Positions 49,287 through 59,977 are shown, counted from the first letter of the stretch. The stretch: 64,000 bases of DNA from an uncultured delta proteobacterium (GCA_963790475.1 CAWBOS010000015.1:1-64000); one strand, 5' to 3'. A program made the numbers and translations. The notes: generated by a model not told the origin, from the sequence alone.

Positions 49287-50969
49287 TCATGCTCCCAAGT
49301 TTTTAAAAATATACTCCGGGGTGATCGGCAATCCATCATAACGCAGCACCTGTCGGGTGATATGAAAACCCGTCTCTCTGCGGATAAGCCGCGAAAACTG
49401 TCCCAGGGCATTTCCTTCCACGGCGATCACCTCTCCCGCCTCTTTCAGGAAAGAGACAATTTGATCCGGCACCAGAGGCCAGACTTGCGAAAAGCAAAGA
49501 GTCCCCACCCTTTTCCCCTGTAATCTTAATTTGGCGGCGGCTTCCAGGACCGATCCTTTAGTGGAACCCCAGGTAACCAGTAATAGTTCCGGTTTTGATT
49601 CCCCGCTGAATTCCGGTGGCAACGTCTGCCTGATCATTCCCTTCATCTTGTTTAGCCTTTTTTCCACCATTTGCTTCCGGACCGACAAGTCTTCAGTCAG
49701 ATGACCGTCTTCCGTATGTTCATCACTGTCGGCCACTACCAGGTTCTCGGTTTTTCCCGGAAGGAAACGGGGGGACACACCGTCTTCGGTCAGGGCATAT
49801 CGAAGATAAGGCCGAGGTGCAGGAGACCCATCTGAGCCCGGATGAATCCAGGAAAGGTCCTTTACTTCAAAAGGATTTACTGCCCGATAGGAGTCGGCCA
49901 AAAATTGATCGGTTATAAGAAAGATCGGGGTCTGAGAAGACTCGGCCAGTTCAAAGGCCTTTCGGATCAAATGAAAACATTCCTCCACACCGCCGGGAGT
50001 AAAGATGGCCCTCGGAAATTCGCCGTGTCCGGCATGTAAAATAAAATCCAGGTCCGCCTGTTCGGTTCGCGTCGGCAATCCGGTGGCCGGTCCGGGACGC
50101 TGGGCCACGACGATGACCAGCGGGGTCTCGGTCATCCCGGCCAGGCTGACTCCCTCCACCATCAAAGCAAATCCTCCTCCTGAGGTGGACACCATACTGG
50201 GAGCCCCGGCAAAAGAGGCCCCGATAGCCATATTGACGGCCGCGATTTCATCTTCGGCCTGTTCGACGATCAGTCCCAGGGTCTCGGCCTCGGCAGCCAG
50301 GGAAAGGGCAATAGAGGTAGCCGGGGACATAGGATAGAACGAGAAGAATTTTAATCCGGCGGATAAGGCCCCCAAGGCGAGTGCTTCGTGTCCATTCATC
50401 ATCAAGCGCCGGGAGGGGTTGGAAATAAGAGGCAACTTCGGAAAAGCGGGAGACCGGCCTTCGGTCCATTGATAAGCCGTTTTCAAGGCCTGGTGGTTTT
50501 CTTCGAATGAAGATGGGTCCTTGTGACCCCAAAAATCACCTATGGTCGAAAGGAGGCCTTCTTCCGGAAGCCCAAGCAAGACACCAATGACACCAAAAGC
50601 GAGTATATTGACGAATTTTTCAGCAGCTAATTCCTTAAAGGGGACCTCTAAACAGGCCGGCCCTTTCACCATCCAATCGCGGTCAACCACCATCAGGCCT
50701 CCCGGTGAAAGTTCAGATCTATGAAGGGCCACGGTCTGATCATCAAGGGCGATCAACAGGTCAATCGTTTCCCGGGGAGCCAGAATTTCATCAGGCCCGG
50801 TTCGAATGGCAAAAGTGTTGTGCCCTCCCCGAATTCGGGATTGATACCCCTGAGTAACGTGGATAAAGTACCCGTTGCGAACCAGGGCCTTGCCCAGCAA
50901 CTGTCCGATGGTGACCAACCCTTGTCCCGCTTCACCCCCGATGACGATATTTACGGTGTCGACAGCCAT
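49287..50969 (-). CDS. korA: 2-oxoacid:ferredoxin oxidoreductase alpha subunit (gamma-alpha fusion)
   Basis: GGEAGQG, SRIRGGHN, YPMSPAT, QAEDEIAA, RPGPATGLPT, DEHTE. Confidence 0.92.
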   Translation of the reverse strand: MAVDTVNIVIGGEAGQGLVTIGQLLGKALVRNGYFIHVTQGYQSRIRGGHNTFAIRTGPDEILAPRETIDLLIALDDQTVALHRSELSPGGLMVVDRDWMVKGPACLEVPFKELAAEKFVNILAFGVIGVLLGLPEEGLLSTIGDFWGHKDPSSFEENHQALKTAYQWTEGRSPAFPKLPLISNPSRRLMMNGHEALALGALSAGLKFFSFYPMSPATSIALSLAAEAETLGLIVEQAEDEIAAVNMAIGASFAGAPSMVSTSGGGFALMVEGVSLAGMTETPLVIVVAQRPGPATGLPTRTEQADLDFILHAGHGEFPRAIFTPGGVEECFHLIRKAFELAESSQTPIFLITDQFLADSYRAVNPFEVKDLSWIHPGSDGSPAPRPYLRYALTEDGVSPRFLPGKTENLVVADSDEHTEDGHLTEDLSVRKQMVEKRLNKMKGMIRQTLPPEFSGESKPELLLVTWGSTKGSVLEAAAKLRLQGKRVGTLCFSQVWPLVPDQIVSFLKEAGEVIAVEGNALGQFSRLIRRETGFHITRQVLRYDGLPITPEYIFKNLGA

Positions 50970-51505
50970 TAGGGGGCCCCGTCCAATCCGGCCCGTTCCT
51001 TTTCCATAAACCAGCCTTCCGGATCAGTCAGATAATAGCGGGTATCTTTGAGGGCCTTCCAGTGCTCTTTTTCTTCCAGGATCATCTGATCCAAAAAAGC
51101 AGCCTCCAGGGGATCGGCTGTCCTGGCTCGGTGTTCCTGGTAAAATTTCAGACTGGCTGATTCAAAATCCAATCCGATATCCACAGCCTCCAAATCCGTC
51201 GTTTCGGGTTTGATTCTTTCCCTCTCCCGGGCTGCCAGATTCCGAAACAGCAATCCCAAATCTTCGGAAAAACCCTTGATGGATTCCCAATCCCTGGTCC
51301 AGCATTTTCCGGAGGTCAGGGTATCATGGATTTGTTTAATCCGGTCCTGATGAAGGACCTCGTCCTTCATCAGGGCGGAAAAAATCTCCTTACACTGGGG
51401 GTTCCGGCAGGTGGTTACCGACTGTTCATAAAAGGCCTTTCCTTTATCTTCCATTTCCAGGGCCGTGGCCAGCATGTCTATTGAACATTGAATTGGATCG
51501 GTCAT
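50969..51505 (-). CDS. Ferritin-like/rubrerythrin-domain protein
   Basis: ALEME..G.FY, DEVLH, E.ASLKFY, EEKEH. Confidence 0.85.
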   Translation of the reverse strand: MTDPIQCSIDMLATALEMEDKGKAFYEQSVTTCRNPQCKEIFSALMKDEVLHQDRIKQIHDTLTSGKCWTRDWESIKGFSEDLGLLFRNLAARERERIKPETTDLEAVDIGLDFESASLKFYQEHRARTADPLEAAFLDQMILEEKEHWKALKDTRYYLTDPEGWFMEKERAGLDGAP

Positions 51506-51510
51506 TTTCT

Positions 51511-51891
51511 TCAGGCCTTCCATAACCCATGAAGGTTACAATATTCGCGGGCAGTAATCTGAGCGGCCTGGATTTCAAAGGTGGCTTCCGGGGCCTCTCC
51601 CGGTTTAAGAAATTGGCGGTAGGCCTTTCCATCGGCAATCACTTCAATCCACTCAATATAGTGCTTTTCTTCCATAGGATGGGCGACTGCCCCTACTTTC
51701 ACCTTAAAACCAGTGGCCGTTTTTTCAATAACCGGCACATGTTTTTCCTTGGAGGCATCGACCGTATTGGCGACGAATAACTTCATGGGTTGGCCGCAGC
51801 AAACCAATTCCCCTACACCTTCATGAAGAACCTCCACGATGTTGCCGCACACTTCACATTTGTAAACCTGTAATCTTTCAGTCATGTCCAT
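51511..51891 (-). CDS. dfx: Desulfoferrodoxin (superoxide reductase)
   Basis: [35 protein letters not shown]. Confidence 0.95.
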   Translation of the reverse strand: MDMTERLQVYKCEVCGNIVEVLHEGVGELVCCGQPMKLFVANTVDASKEKHVPVIEKTATGFKVKVGAVAHPMEEKHYIEWIEVIADGKAYRQFLKPGEAPEATFEIQAAQITAREYCNLHGLWKA

Positions 51892-52012
51892 TCTCCTTTC
51901 ATAAATAAAATCAGGTTAAAGGTGAGTTAGGCTGAAGGTCGAAGGTATCCAAGAGCCGAAATAATTTTTTTGTTTGTAGCCAAAACCTCATGCCTCAGGC
52001 CTATTGATCTTC

Positions 52013-52585
52013 TTACCAGTTTTCTGCCAATAATTCATAAAAGTCCCTGGGGTGATCACAGGCCGGGCATTCTTCCGGTGCTTCGACCCCTTCATGAAGA
52101 TAGCCGCAATTCAAGCATCTCCAAACCACCGGCCGGTCCTTTTTAAAAACTTTCCCGGCCTGAATATTAGCCAAAAGCCCCAAATATCTTTTTTCATGCT
52201 GCTTCTCGGCCACAGAAATGTAATCGAATATTGCGGCTATGTCGTTAAAACCTTCCTTCCGGGCGATTTTGGAAAAACCAGGATACATTTCAGTCCATTC
52301 ATAGTGCTCACCACCGGCGCTGGCTGCCAAATTCTCAGCGGTGGAGCCGATAACCCCGGCCGGAAAAACCGCTTGAATTTGTGCTTCGTCTCCCTGAAGC
52401 AGCTTGAACAGCCTTTTGGCATGTTCTTTCTCCTGATTGGCCGTCTCCTCAAAAATAAGCGATATCTGAACCAATCCTTCTTTCCTGGCCTGGCTGGCAA
52501 AGTAGGTATATCGATTCCTGGCCTGGGATTCCCCGGCAAAGGCGGTAAGGATATTTTTTTCGGTATTGGATCCTTTCAATTGCAT
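52013..52585 (-). CDS. rbr: Rubrerythrin
   Basis: AFAGESQARNRY, EKEHA, GEHYE, EKQHE, CLNCG...CPAC. Confidence 0.95.
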   Translation of the reverse strand: MQLKGSNTEKNILTAFAGESQARNRYTYFASQARKEGLVQISLIFEETANQEKEHAKRLFKLLQGDEAQIQAVFPAGVIGSTAENLAASAGGEHYEWTEMYPGFSKIARKEGFNDIAAIFDYISVAEKQHEKRYLGLLANIQAGKVFKKDRPVVWRCLNCGYLHEGVEAPEECPACDHPRDFYELLAENW

Positions 52586-52609
52586 CAGAGGGTTCTCCTT
52601 TCGATTCCA

Positions 52610-52828
52610 TCATTCTTGAATGGCTGGCTGGCTTGACTTTGGTTTAACCGCTTGGCAGGCCGGACAAACGCCAACCAGTTCTAATTTATAGTCAACGATT
52701 TCACAATCACCCAGTTTGGAAACGGCTTGGTCGATCTCCTTCAAGGGATGAGTGGTAAGATCTTTTATTTCTTCCAGTATGATCCGCCGGGCATCCGTTT
52801 GTCTGAGTTTTTTTTGGGAAAGAGGCAT
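52610..52828 (-). pseudogene. PerR/Fur-family regulator with in-frame internal deletion
   Basis: N-terminal LRQTDARRIILEEI...THP joined directly to C-terminal EIVDYKLELVGVCPAC; wHTH core and first CxxC missing (72 aa vs about 140 typical). Confidence 0.75.
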
Positions 52829-52841
52829 AGATATTAAACCC

Positions 52842-52860
52842 GATAATAGTTATTATTAAC
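52842..52860. promoter_or_regulatory. Fur/Per-box-like AT-rich palindrome upstream of the perR-rbr-dfx operon
   Basis: GATAATAGTTATTATTAAC, between the start codon and a minus-strand TTGACA. Confidence 0.5.
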
Positions 52861-52946
52861 ATAAAAATTATTTTTTATTTGTCAAGGTCGGCACGAAAAA
52901 AGTTATAGATTTTGTTGGTGTGACCCGGTTAAGGGCTAAGAGAGGG

Positions 52947-53147
52947 CTAAAGAGATCGGTCGGCGCCGCAATCAGGACAGATCCAGGTAATACTGTTGCA
53001 GGTCATCCCCCAGGCGTTGTCTTGCATACAATGCCGGCAAATTTGAAATCCGCATGGGCAAGTCCAGCAAAACTCTTCCCCGTGCCCGCAGCAGTGACAT
53101 TTAAAGGTTCTTCTGAGTTTTCTATTTCTTCTCATTTCATCTGTCAT
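52947..53147 (-). CDS. Small Cys-rich hypothetical protein
   Basis: CHCC..CWTCPCGFQICRHC...CNSITWICPDCG. Confidence 0.7.
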   Translation of the reverse strand: MTDEMRRNRKLRRTFKCHCCGHGEEFCWTCPCGFQICRHCMQDNAWGMTCNSITWICPDCGADRSL

Positions 53148-53174
53148 CGGTCGAGAAAAGCTACCCCATGCTTT

Positions 53175-53720
53175 CTATCGGGAAACGATAGTCAAAGTTT
53201 CCCCCGGACGAACCGGTTTATTCTTATTCCTTTTATTCCATTGGAGCAGATCGCCGGAAGAAACCTTGTACTTGGCAGCAATACTCTGCAGTGTTTCCCC
53301 TTTTTTCACTTTATGTAGAATTTTCTTCTTGCCCGGCCTGTCCGCAGACGCCTTTTTATCCCCGGTCTGGGGTGGTTCTATTTTTCCCTGTTTAGCCGGT
53401 AAACCTTGATTGGCGGTTTCCAATGCTTTCAACCGGGATTCCATTTGGGCCTGACTGTCTTGAATCGCTTTTATCCTCTTATCGAGTTTTTCGCCCTGCT
53501 CCCGGGAAATGGTTTCCAGATTTCTTATCTTCTTTTCCAAAGTTGCACCCGTTCCGGAACTATCCTGAAAGAAAATAATATATCCAATATAAATCAAACC
53601 CAGAACAATCAGGCCCCCAAATATGATTTCCAAAAAAGAGAGGGGGAAGCGTTGTTTGTTGAAAGTCGATTCCAATGGGCTCCGGTTGGGAGTGTTTCCT
53701 GTTTTTGTTTCATTTTCCAT
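53175..53720 (-). CDS. Membrane-anchored coiled-coil LysM protein
   Basis: TM, coiled coil, HKVKKGETLQSIAAKYKVS..L..WN. Confidence 0.88.
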   Translation of the reverse strand: MENETKTGNTPNRSPLESTFNKQRFPLSFLEIIFGGLIVLGLIYIGYIIFFQDSSGTGATLEKKIRNLETISREQGEKLDKRIKAIQDSQAQMESRLKALETANQGLPAKQGKIEPPQTGDKKASADRPGKKKILHKVKKGETLQSIAAKYKVSSGDLLQWNKRNKNKPVRPGETLTIVSR

Positions 53721-53970
53721 TGTTTTTTTCCAGAAAGGGAATTTTAATTTTTAGAAAATTGGCCCCAGAGTTTCAGTTTTAAATAATTTATTATACCAAA
53801 TATTTACTTGCTTTGTCAATTTATGAGACGGGGAAGCCCACAAAGATATTGCCGGTTGTGATCAGCGGTTAGAAGTAATGGTGGGGTGATGACAGGGACG
53901 GCAGGAAAAAGACTCTGTGAGGGGTATTTTTGCATCAAGGTCACCATTTTTGGTGCCTTTTTCAGATTTT

Positions 53971-54924
53971 CTATCTCCAGGGCCGGATGACACCCCTATC
54001 CTCAACGGGGAAGGCCAGTCGCTGCCAGGCCTGAATACCGCCGGCTAAAAGCCTGACCCGGGTAATGCCCTGTTGTCGTAATAGAAGGGCCGCACGGGCG
54101 CTTGAGGCCTCATTGGGTCAGGCGCAATATAGAATGATGTCCCGGTCCCGAGGCAGACTATTGCCATTTCCTCCTAACTGGTCCAGGGGGAGATGAAAGG
54201 CCCCGGGAATAGTCTGTGGCTCTAACTCGAGTTCGAGGTTGCTGCGGATATCCAAAACCAGCAGGTTCTCATTGGCCACCAGCCTTTCTTTCACCTCTTC
54301 CGGGGTGATCCTGGCAGCGGTTATTTGATGCATAAAACGCCGGCGCCGCAAATACTTCCAGCCGACAAAGGCAACCAGCCCTGCGGGAATAACCAAACCC
54401 AGGGAGAGGCTTATACTCGATGTGTTGAGTGTCAGGTGTTCCAATTGCTGGCTGAATAGGTAACCGACACTCAGGTAAAAGACGACCCAGAAAAATACCC
54501 CCAACCCATCATAAATAAAGAACCGAAGTAGAGGCATATGAAAAATGCCGGCCAGCGGGGAAGTAATTGGCGTCATGCCCGGTATGAATTTGGCTATCAG
54601 AAGCGAGCTATGTCCATGGCGGGCAAAGATATTTTTGGATTTACTGACACAAGAGTCGGGATCGAGGGAAAAACGGCAGAGCAGAGGTAAGACTTTACTT
54701 CCATGCCGGCGGCCGATCTGATACCAGAAAAAATCGCATACCAGAGAGGCTAAAGCAGCCAATCCGAGAATAACGAAAAAATTAAAAATCCCTATCCCGG
54801 TCAGAATTCCAGCCGCCATCAGGATCAGGGCGCCCGGGATCGGTAAACCCAATTGCTGGAAAAATATCCAAAAAAAGACAACCGAATATCCGTTTTGGAT
54901 TAAAAACTGGATGATTTCAGACAT
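53971..54924 (-). CDS. DedA/VTT + rhodanese selenoprotein (CxU active-site loop)
   Basis: QLGLPIP, AKFIPG (DedA); readthrough of TGA 54118-54120 gives IILYCA-U-PNEASSARAALLLRQQGITRVRLLAGGIQAW, completing the rhodanese domain (homologs have YCxCPNE). Confidence 0.85.
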
Positions 54925-55444
54925 TTGATTCTCGAGAGGATCGAATGAATTTTGTCTGGGATGGTTTCTTACCTTTTCGTCCTTTTGGTATCATCCCTGG
55001 TTTTCCGGCCTGATTTTGATTAATGCTAGGCAGGGATCGCTTTATTGTCAAGTCCAATTCGATATAACACCCTATAATCTTAGAATTTATCTTTAACGTT
55101 GTTGGCCAGGTCTTTAGCCGTAGTCTGTTTTGCCGGACCAAAACAAGAACTTCACTCCGAAAACAGCCTACCCCGATTCCCAAAGCGAAGCTTAGATAAA
55201 GGCTCCGCTTCCAACCTACCTTAGCTATTCCGGCCGGATTGGAAATTAAAAATCATCAGTTAGACAACTTCATAAGCAAGACCCCTATCCACCTAAATTT
55301 GAAATATCTCCGTTTGGAATTTAGATTGGCCGGAATAAGGAAAGGACGAGGGGAAGAAGTGAATCGGCATCCTGCTTGACGAACTCGACGGTAAAAGTTA
55401 CTATCTCTTTTAACAATTCCCTTGGTTCAGTTCAGGAGAATAGG

Positions 55445-56728
55445 ATGGGATATTATCGGGAACATCTTTGCACGGCTGAAGAGGCGGTCCGAAAGGTCCG
55501 GTCAGGTGATCGGGTAGTCTTTTCCCACGCCTGTGGAGAACCCCGGGTATTACCCGGGGCTTTGGTCAAGAGAGCTGCGGAACTCCGGAAGGTCGAGATT
55601 GTGCATATGGTCCCCATGGGCGAAGCCCTTTACTGCCGTCCGGAATATGCGTTAAGCTTCCGCCATGTGGCTTTATTTTCGGGAGTCGCGACCCGGGAGG
55701 CTATTTGGGATAACAGAGCTGATTACCTGCCCTGCGCGTTCAGGGAGATCCCCTTACTCTTTGAGTCCGTGCTTCCGCCGGATGTGGCCATGGTCAGCGT
55801 GTCTCCCCCCGACAAAAATGGACTTTGCAGTCTGGGTGTCTCGGTGGATTACACCAAAAAAGCCCTGGAAACGGCGCCAATGGTTATAGCCGAGGTCAAT
55901 CCGACCATGCCGAGAACTCACGGGGAGTCCTTTGTTCCTCTTTCGGACATCCATTATTTTGTGGAGGTAACGGAACAGATCGCCGAATTGGAAAACGGCA
56001 AATTGACGGAGGTGGAAAAAAAAATCGGACGTTTCGTGGCCGAACTCATCGATGATGGAAGCTGCCTCCAACTCGGGATTGGAGGCATTCCGGACGCCGT
56101 ACTTATCTATCTCACCGGATTTAAGGATCTGGGGGTGCATTCGGAAATGATTTCCGACGGCGTGAGAATACTGGTGGAGAAAGGCGTAATCACCGGCCGA
56201 AGAAAAATGATCCACAAAGGCAAAATTATTGTGACCTTTCTGATGGGATCGAGGGCCTTCTATGATTGGGTCGATGACAACCCCCTGATCGAGATGCATC
56301 CGGTTGATTATACGAACAACCCCCAGGTCATCGCCCGAAACAAAAATATGATTGCCGTAAATTCAGCTCTGGAGGTTGACCTCCTCGGCCAGGTCTGCGC
56401 CGATACCTTAGGTCCAAAACAATTTGCCGGAGTAGGCGGGCAGCTTGACTTTGTCAGAGGGGCCGCGATGTCGGAGGGCGGAAAGGCGATCATGGCCCTG
56501 CCTAGCACCGCCAGGGATGTTTCCAGGATAGTCCCCACACTCAAGATCGGGGCGGCCGTGACCACCTCCAGAAACGATGTGGATTATGTGGTTACCGAAC
56601 ACGGGATAGCCGCCTTAAAAGGCAAGACTGTCCGTCAGCGGATGAAGGCCCTGATCAACATTGCGGACCCCCTTTGGAAGGAAGAGCTGATGAAACAGGC
56701 CTTTGAGATTTATCACATAAAACTCTAA
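55445..56728 (+). CDS. Acetyl-CoA hydrolase/transferase family (4-hydroxybutyrate CoA-transferase-like)
   Basis: LQLGIGGIP, GVHSEM, NSALEVDLLGQ, GVGGQLDF, VVTEHG. Confidence 0.92.
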   Translation: MGYYREHLCTAEEAVRKVRSGDRVVFSHACGEPRVLPGALVKRAAELRKVEIVHMVPMGEALYCRPEYALSFRHVALFSGVATREAIWDNRADYLPCAFREIPLLFESVLPPDVAMVSVSPPDKNGLCSLGVSVDYTKKALETAPMVIAEVNPTMPRTHGESFVPLSDIHYFVEVTEQIAELENGKLTEVEKKIGRFVAELIDDGSCLQLGIGGIPDAVLIYLTGFKDLGVHSEMISDGVRILVEKGVITGRRKMIHKGKIIVTFLMGSRAFYDWVDDNPLIEMHPVDYTNNPQVIARNKNMIAVNSALEVDLLGQVCADTLGPKQFAGVGGQLDFVRGAAMSEGGKAIMALPSTARDVSRIVPTLKIGAAVTTSRNDVDYVVTEHGIAALKGKTVRQRMKALINIADPLWKEELMKQAFEIYHIKL

Positions 56729-56884
56729 CTCAGGGAGGTGGAAATTCTTTTGTTGCGAGTTGCGGGTTGGGAGTTTTTAGAGAAAAGGTCACGCAGCAGG
56801 CAACCGGTAACGCTGGGAGTTTTTATGAAAGTGATAAGCCGTCAGATTTGAAGGTGCGAGAAGTATCAATTCGGCCCGTCAAAC

Positions 56885-56926
56885 AAAAAAAGGGGGTTGA
56901 AGATGGATTCAACCCCCCTTTTTTTT
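56885..56926. terminator. Bidirectional intrinsic terminator between convergent genes
   Basis: A-tract GGGGGTTGAA-loop-TTCAACCCCC T-tract. Confidence 0.9.
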
Positions 56927-56942
56927 GATGATTAACGAGTTT

Positions 56943-57146
56943 CTACAGTGTTTTTACATTGACTGCCGCCGGGCCTTTTTTGCCCTGCTCGATGTCAAAG
57001 CTAACCCGCTGGCCTTCTTGTAAGGTCCGAAAACCCTGCATACTGATAGCTGAATGATGAATAAATACATCCTTATCCTGACCATCAACTTCAATAAAGC
57101 CAAAACCTTTGTTCTCGTTGAACCACTTTACTTTTCCTTCTGGCAT
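56943..57146 (-). CDS. cspA: Cold-shock protein
   Basis: [32 protein letters not shown]; AGGAGG RBS. Confidence 0.95.
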   Translation of the reverse strand: MPEGKVKWFNENKGFGFIEVDGQDKDVFIHHSAISMQGFRTLQEGQRVSFDIEQGKKGPAAVNVKTL

Positions 57147-57369
57147 AGTCTTATCCCTCCTCTTGAAGTATTTCTCAAGTTGGGATACGACCTGCCTAAA
57201 AAAAAAGCATCCGAGGATACATTCTCCGATGCCAAGGCCCGTCGAATTGTTCACCAACTTCGACCGTCATCCACACCTTACTGGGTCGATGGCGGATTTA
57301 TTACGGAATAGTATAAACGACCTATCAGGGTAAGTCAAGGTTTTTTTAATAATTATTAAATAGATCGGC

Positions 57370-58299
57370 CTATCCCGGCCTTGCCTGTTGAAAAGCTCGA
57401 ATGATCTGTTTAAACAGAGGAATACAATTCCCCCGGCTTCTTACAAGATATTGAAACCAAATTCTTTTCTGGCGGTACAACAAAAACGGCCAGAACCCCG
57501 CCGTGAGGTATTTAAAGAAGAAATACCAGTCGTTAAAGATCGTACTTTCCAGATATTGCCGGGGAGGGGGGGTTCTGCTTCCCCCTTTTCGGGCCATGAC
57601 ATGAAAGACGACGGCCTTGGGCTCATAAAGGATCCCGTAACCATGGGCCCTGATTTGCATGGCATAGTCCACCTCTTCCCATAAAAGGTTGCCCCAATAA
57701 TTCAAATCGAATTCTCCGACTTCGTTAAGGACATCCCGCCGAATAGACATATTACAACCGTAGAGGGTGGGAACCAGACATCTTTGATTGGTGGTAAAAT
57801 TCCGCAGGTATTTCCCGCTGCGGGTAATTCGGGCTGCCCAGGGCAGATCGTTTTCTTCACTCCCGTCATAAAGGACTTTACCGGTTACGGCACCCAGAAT
57901 CCGGTCCTGATAGTTTCTCAGATGATGCTGAATCAAGTCTGGATAAAAAAGGACATCATCATCCAAAAATAAAATAAGATCTCCCTTGACTTCTTTCCGG
58001 GCCTTATTGCGGGCGGCAGTGGTAGATGGAGAAGAAAGGGTTATGAGGCGGACCCGGTCCTGGTTATCTCTCATATAATTCCAGGTGGCCGGCTTGTGTT
58101 CCAGGCTTTGATCTATGACCAGGATTTCAAGAGGAGATACGGTCTGATCCTTTAACAGTTCCAGGACATGGATCAAAGGTTCTTCCCGGTTGAGGGTGCA
58201 AATGACAACCGAAACCGTGGTCGTTTGTTGAAAAACGTCTATCGGTCCCGCCGCGGCGGGATTGTTCTCATCCCTTCTTTTATTGGGGGGCACTGTCAT
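57370..58299 (-). CDS. Glycosyltransferase family 2
   Basis: SVVICTLNR, ARN, FLDDD, GCNMS, EEVD. Confidence 0.9.
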   Translation of the reverse strand: MTVPPNKRRDENNPAAAGPIDVFQQTTTVSVVICTLNREEPLIHVLELLKDQTVSPLEILVIDQSLEHKPATWNYMRDNQDRVRLITLSSPSTTAARNKARKEVKGDLILFLDDDVLFYPDLIQHHLRNYQDRILGAVTGKVLYDGSEENDLPWAARITRSGKYLRNFTTNQRCLVPTLYGCNMSIRRDVLNEVGEFDLNYWGNLLWEEVDYAMQIRAHGYGILYEPKAVVFHVMARKGGSRTPPPRQYLESTIFNDWYFFFKYLTAGFWPFLLYRQKRIWFQYLVRSRGNCIPLFKQIIRAFQQARPG

Positions 58300-59516
58300 T
58301 GTCTAACCAGGCTTAAAAATAAGGACTCCAAACGATCAACGAACCGGCTGATCTCAAACCGATTAACAACTTTTAACCTTCCCTTTTCCCCCATGGTCTT
58401 TCGAAGCTCAGGATCTTTTATCAGCTTGCTGACCGCGGAGGATAGACTGAGCGGATCCCCGTAGGGAACCAGAAGTCCATCTTCTCCATCATCAACCATC
58501 TCCTCAATGGCGGGTATGCGGGCTCCGATCACCGGCTTGCCTTTGGCCCAGGCTTCCAGAAAAACCACTCCAAAACTTTCAGCCTGGGAGGGCAAAATCA
58601 GGAGGTCGCAAGCGGCCAGGAGGTCGGCTTTTTCTTCTTCCCGGAAATTATCCAGCGAAAAAATACGGCGATCCCGGGACAGGGGGTGGCTGTTGAATAG
58701 GGTCTGAAAATAAGGGCTGGATTGCCCGGCCAGGATCAAGACCGCACGAGCCTCTTCTCTCCAGATCAAGGGCATGGCTTCCAACAGGGTGTCAATCCCT
58801 TTGTTTTCCACCTTGCGGCCCATAAAAAGAATCAGCGGTTCATCGGAAAGACCAAAAGCATCCCGAAACCGGAGGCCGTCTCCTCCCTCCAGGAGAGAAA
58901 GGTCAATCCCCTGCCCTAAGGCGTAAATTTTTTCTTCCGGAATTCCCTGTCTTTTTAAATACTCCCTTTCGGCCTTGGTATTGGTCAGAATTGCAGATGC
59001 CCCAGGAAAGATCCAACGAAGGATTTTCATCAGGGAGGTGTTTATATCTTTGATATGCAAATGAGGTTGAATGACCCAGGGACAGCCCGTTTTTCTGGCG
59101 GCCACCGAAGCATAATAGATTGTGGCGGTAGGAAAAGGGACGGCGTAAATCAGGTCCGGCTTCAGCTCTCGGGCTCTTTTGATCATCTGGGGCAGGTATG
59201 GGACTTGGGTTTTGAACCAGAGGGCATCTCCACCGGGCATATAACTCCGCAAGGCCAAGGCCCCTGCCTTGGCCAGAAAAAGCCGCTGTTTGAGAGTCAG
59301 GGGCACCCGGATAATACGAATCCCTTCCTTGATCTCCTCTGGCAGCCAGGAAGAATTGGCTTGAGGGTGAGCAAAATCCTCCAAAGTCCCCTGGTTGGAG
59401 GTAACTACGGTTACCCGGTGTCCTTTTCCAACCAGTCCCTTAGCCCATTCCAGGAGAGAGATTTCCGTTCCTCCCCGGGCCGGATAAAAAAGATGGGTCA
59501 GGGCAACGATGTGCAT
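58296..59516 (-). CDS. Glycosyltransferase family 4
   Basis: GGTE, KGID, ESFGVVFLEAWAKGKPVI. Confidence 0.9.
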   Translation of the reverse strand: MHIVALTHLFYPARGGTEISLLEWAKGLVGKGHRVTVVTSNQGTLEDFAHPQANSSWLPEEIKEGIRIIRVPLTLKQRLFLAKAGALALRSYMPGGDALWFKTQVPYLPQMIKRARELKPDLIYAVPFPTATIYYASVAARKTGCPWVIQPHLHIKDINTSLMKILRWIFPGASAILTNTKAEREYLKRQGIPEEKIYALGQGIDLSLLEGGDGLRFRDAFGLSDEPLILFMGRKVENKGIDTLLEAMPLIWREEARAVLILAGQSSPYFQTLFNSHPLSRDRRIFSLDNFREEEKADLLAACDLLILPSQAESFGVVFLEAWAKGKPVIGARIPAIEEMVDDGEDGLLVPYGDPLSLSSAVSKLIKDPELRKTMGEKGRLKVVNRFEISRFVDRLESLFLSLVRQ

Positions 59517-59596
59517 CGCCCTCCTCTATCCCTCAAGCGTGAAACGGACCAAGATTTGAATCTCCGGTTTTTTGGGATGGGTAGTAAAACATTTAA

Positions 59597-59896
59597 TCAT
59601 TTTCTTTTGTTCCCATGAATTGAACCAGGGAGGATGGCCCGATCAAAGTGGGCCACAGCGCAACCTCATTCGGGGCGGACATCATTAATCTCAAGAATTC
59701 CTGATCCGGTATTCTTGACTAAGTATTCATGGGAGAGGATACTTCCTTCTTCCGCCTCCCCAAAATAATAATCGGCGACCGGAAGCTGGATAGAAGGGGT
59801 AGAGACCACAGCGAAAGTAGATCCACTCCAGATGAAAGGCCCCAGGATACAGATCGGTTTAAGCCATAATGGTATTTTAGAACCCGGCCAAGGCAT
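59597..59896 (-). CDS. DUF1573-domain putative selenoprotein (U-G-C), C-terminally short
   Basis: FGE...H.Y.VKNTG..L.I.DVRPE-U-GCAVAHFDRAILPG; TGA at 59666-59668 sits at the first Cys of the CGC motif; hairpin TGGCCC...GGGCCA at 59635-59655. Confidence 0.7.
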
Positions 59897-59977
59897 TGAA
59901 GACGACCTCCCGGCTTTTTTTCTTCAGGGAAAAGAGAGTATTAACAGTGCGGTCCCCTTGTCAAGGGAAAAGGGGTA

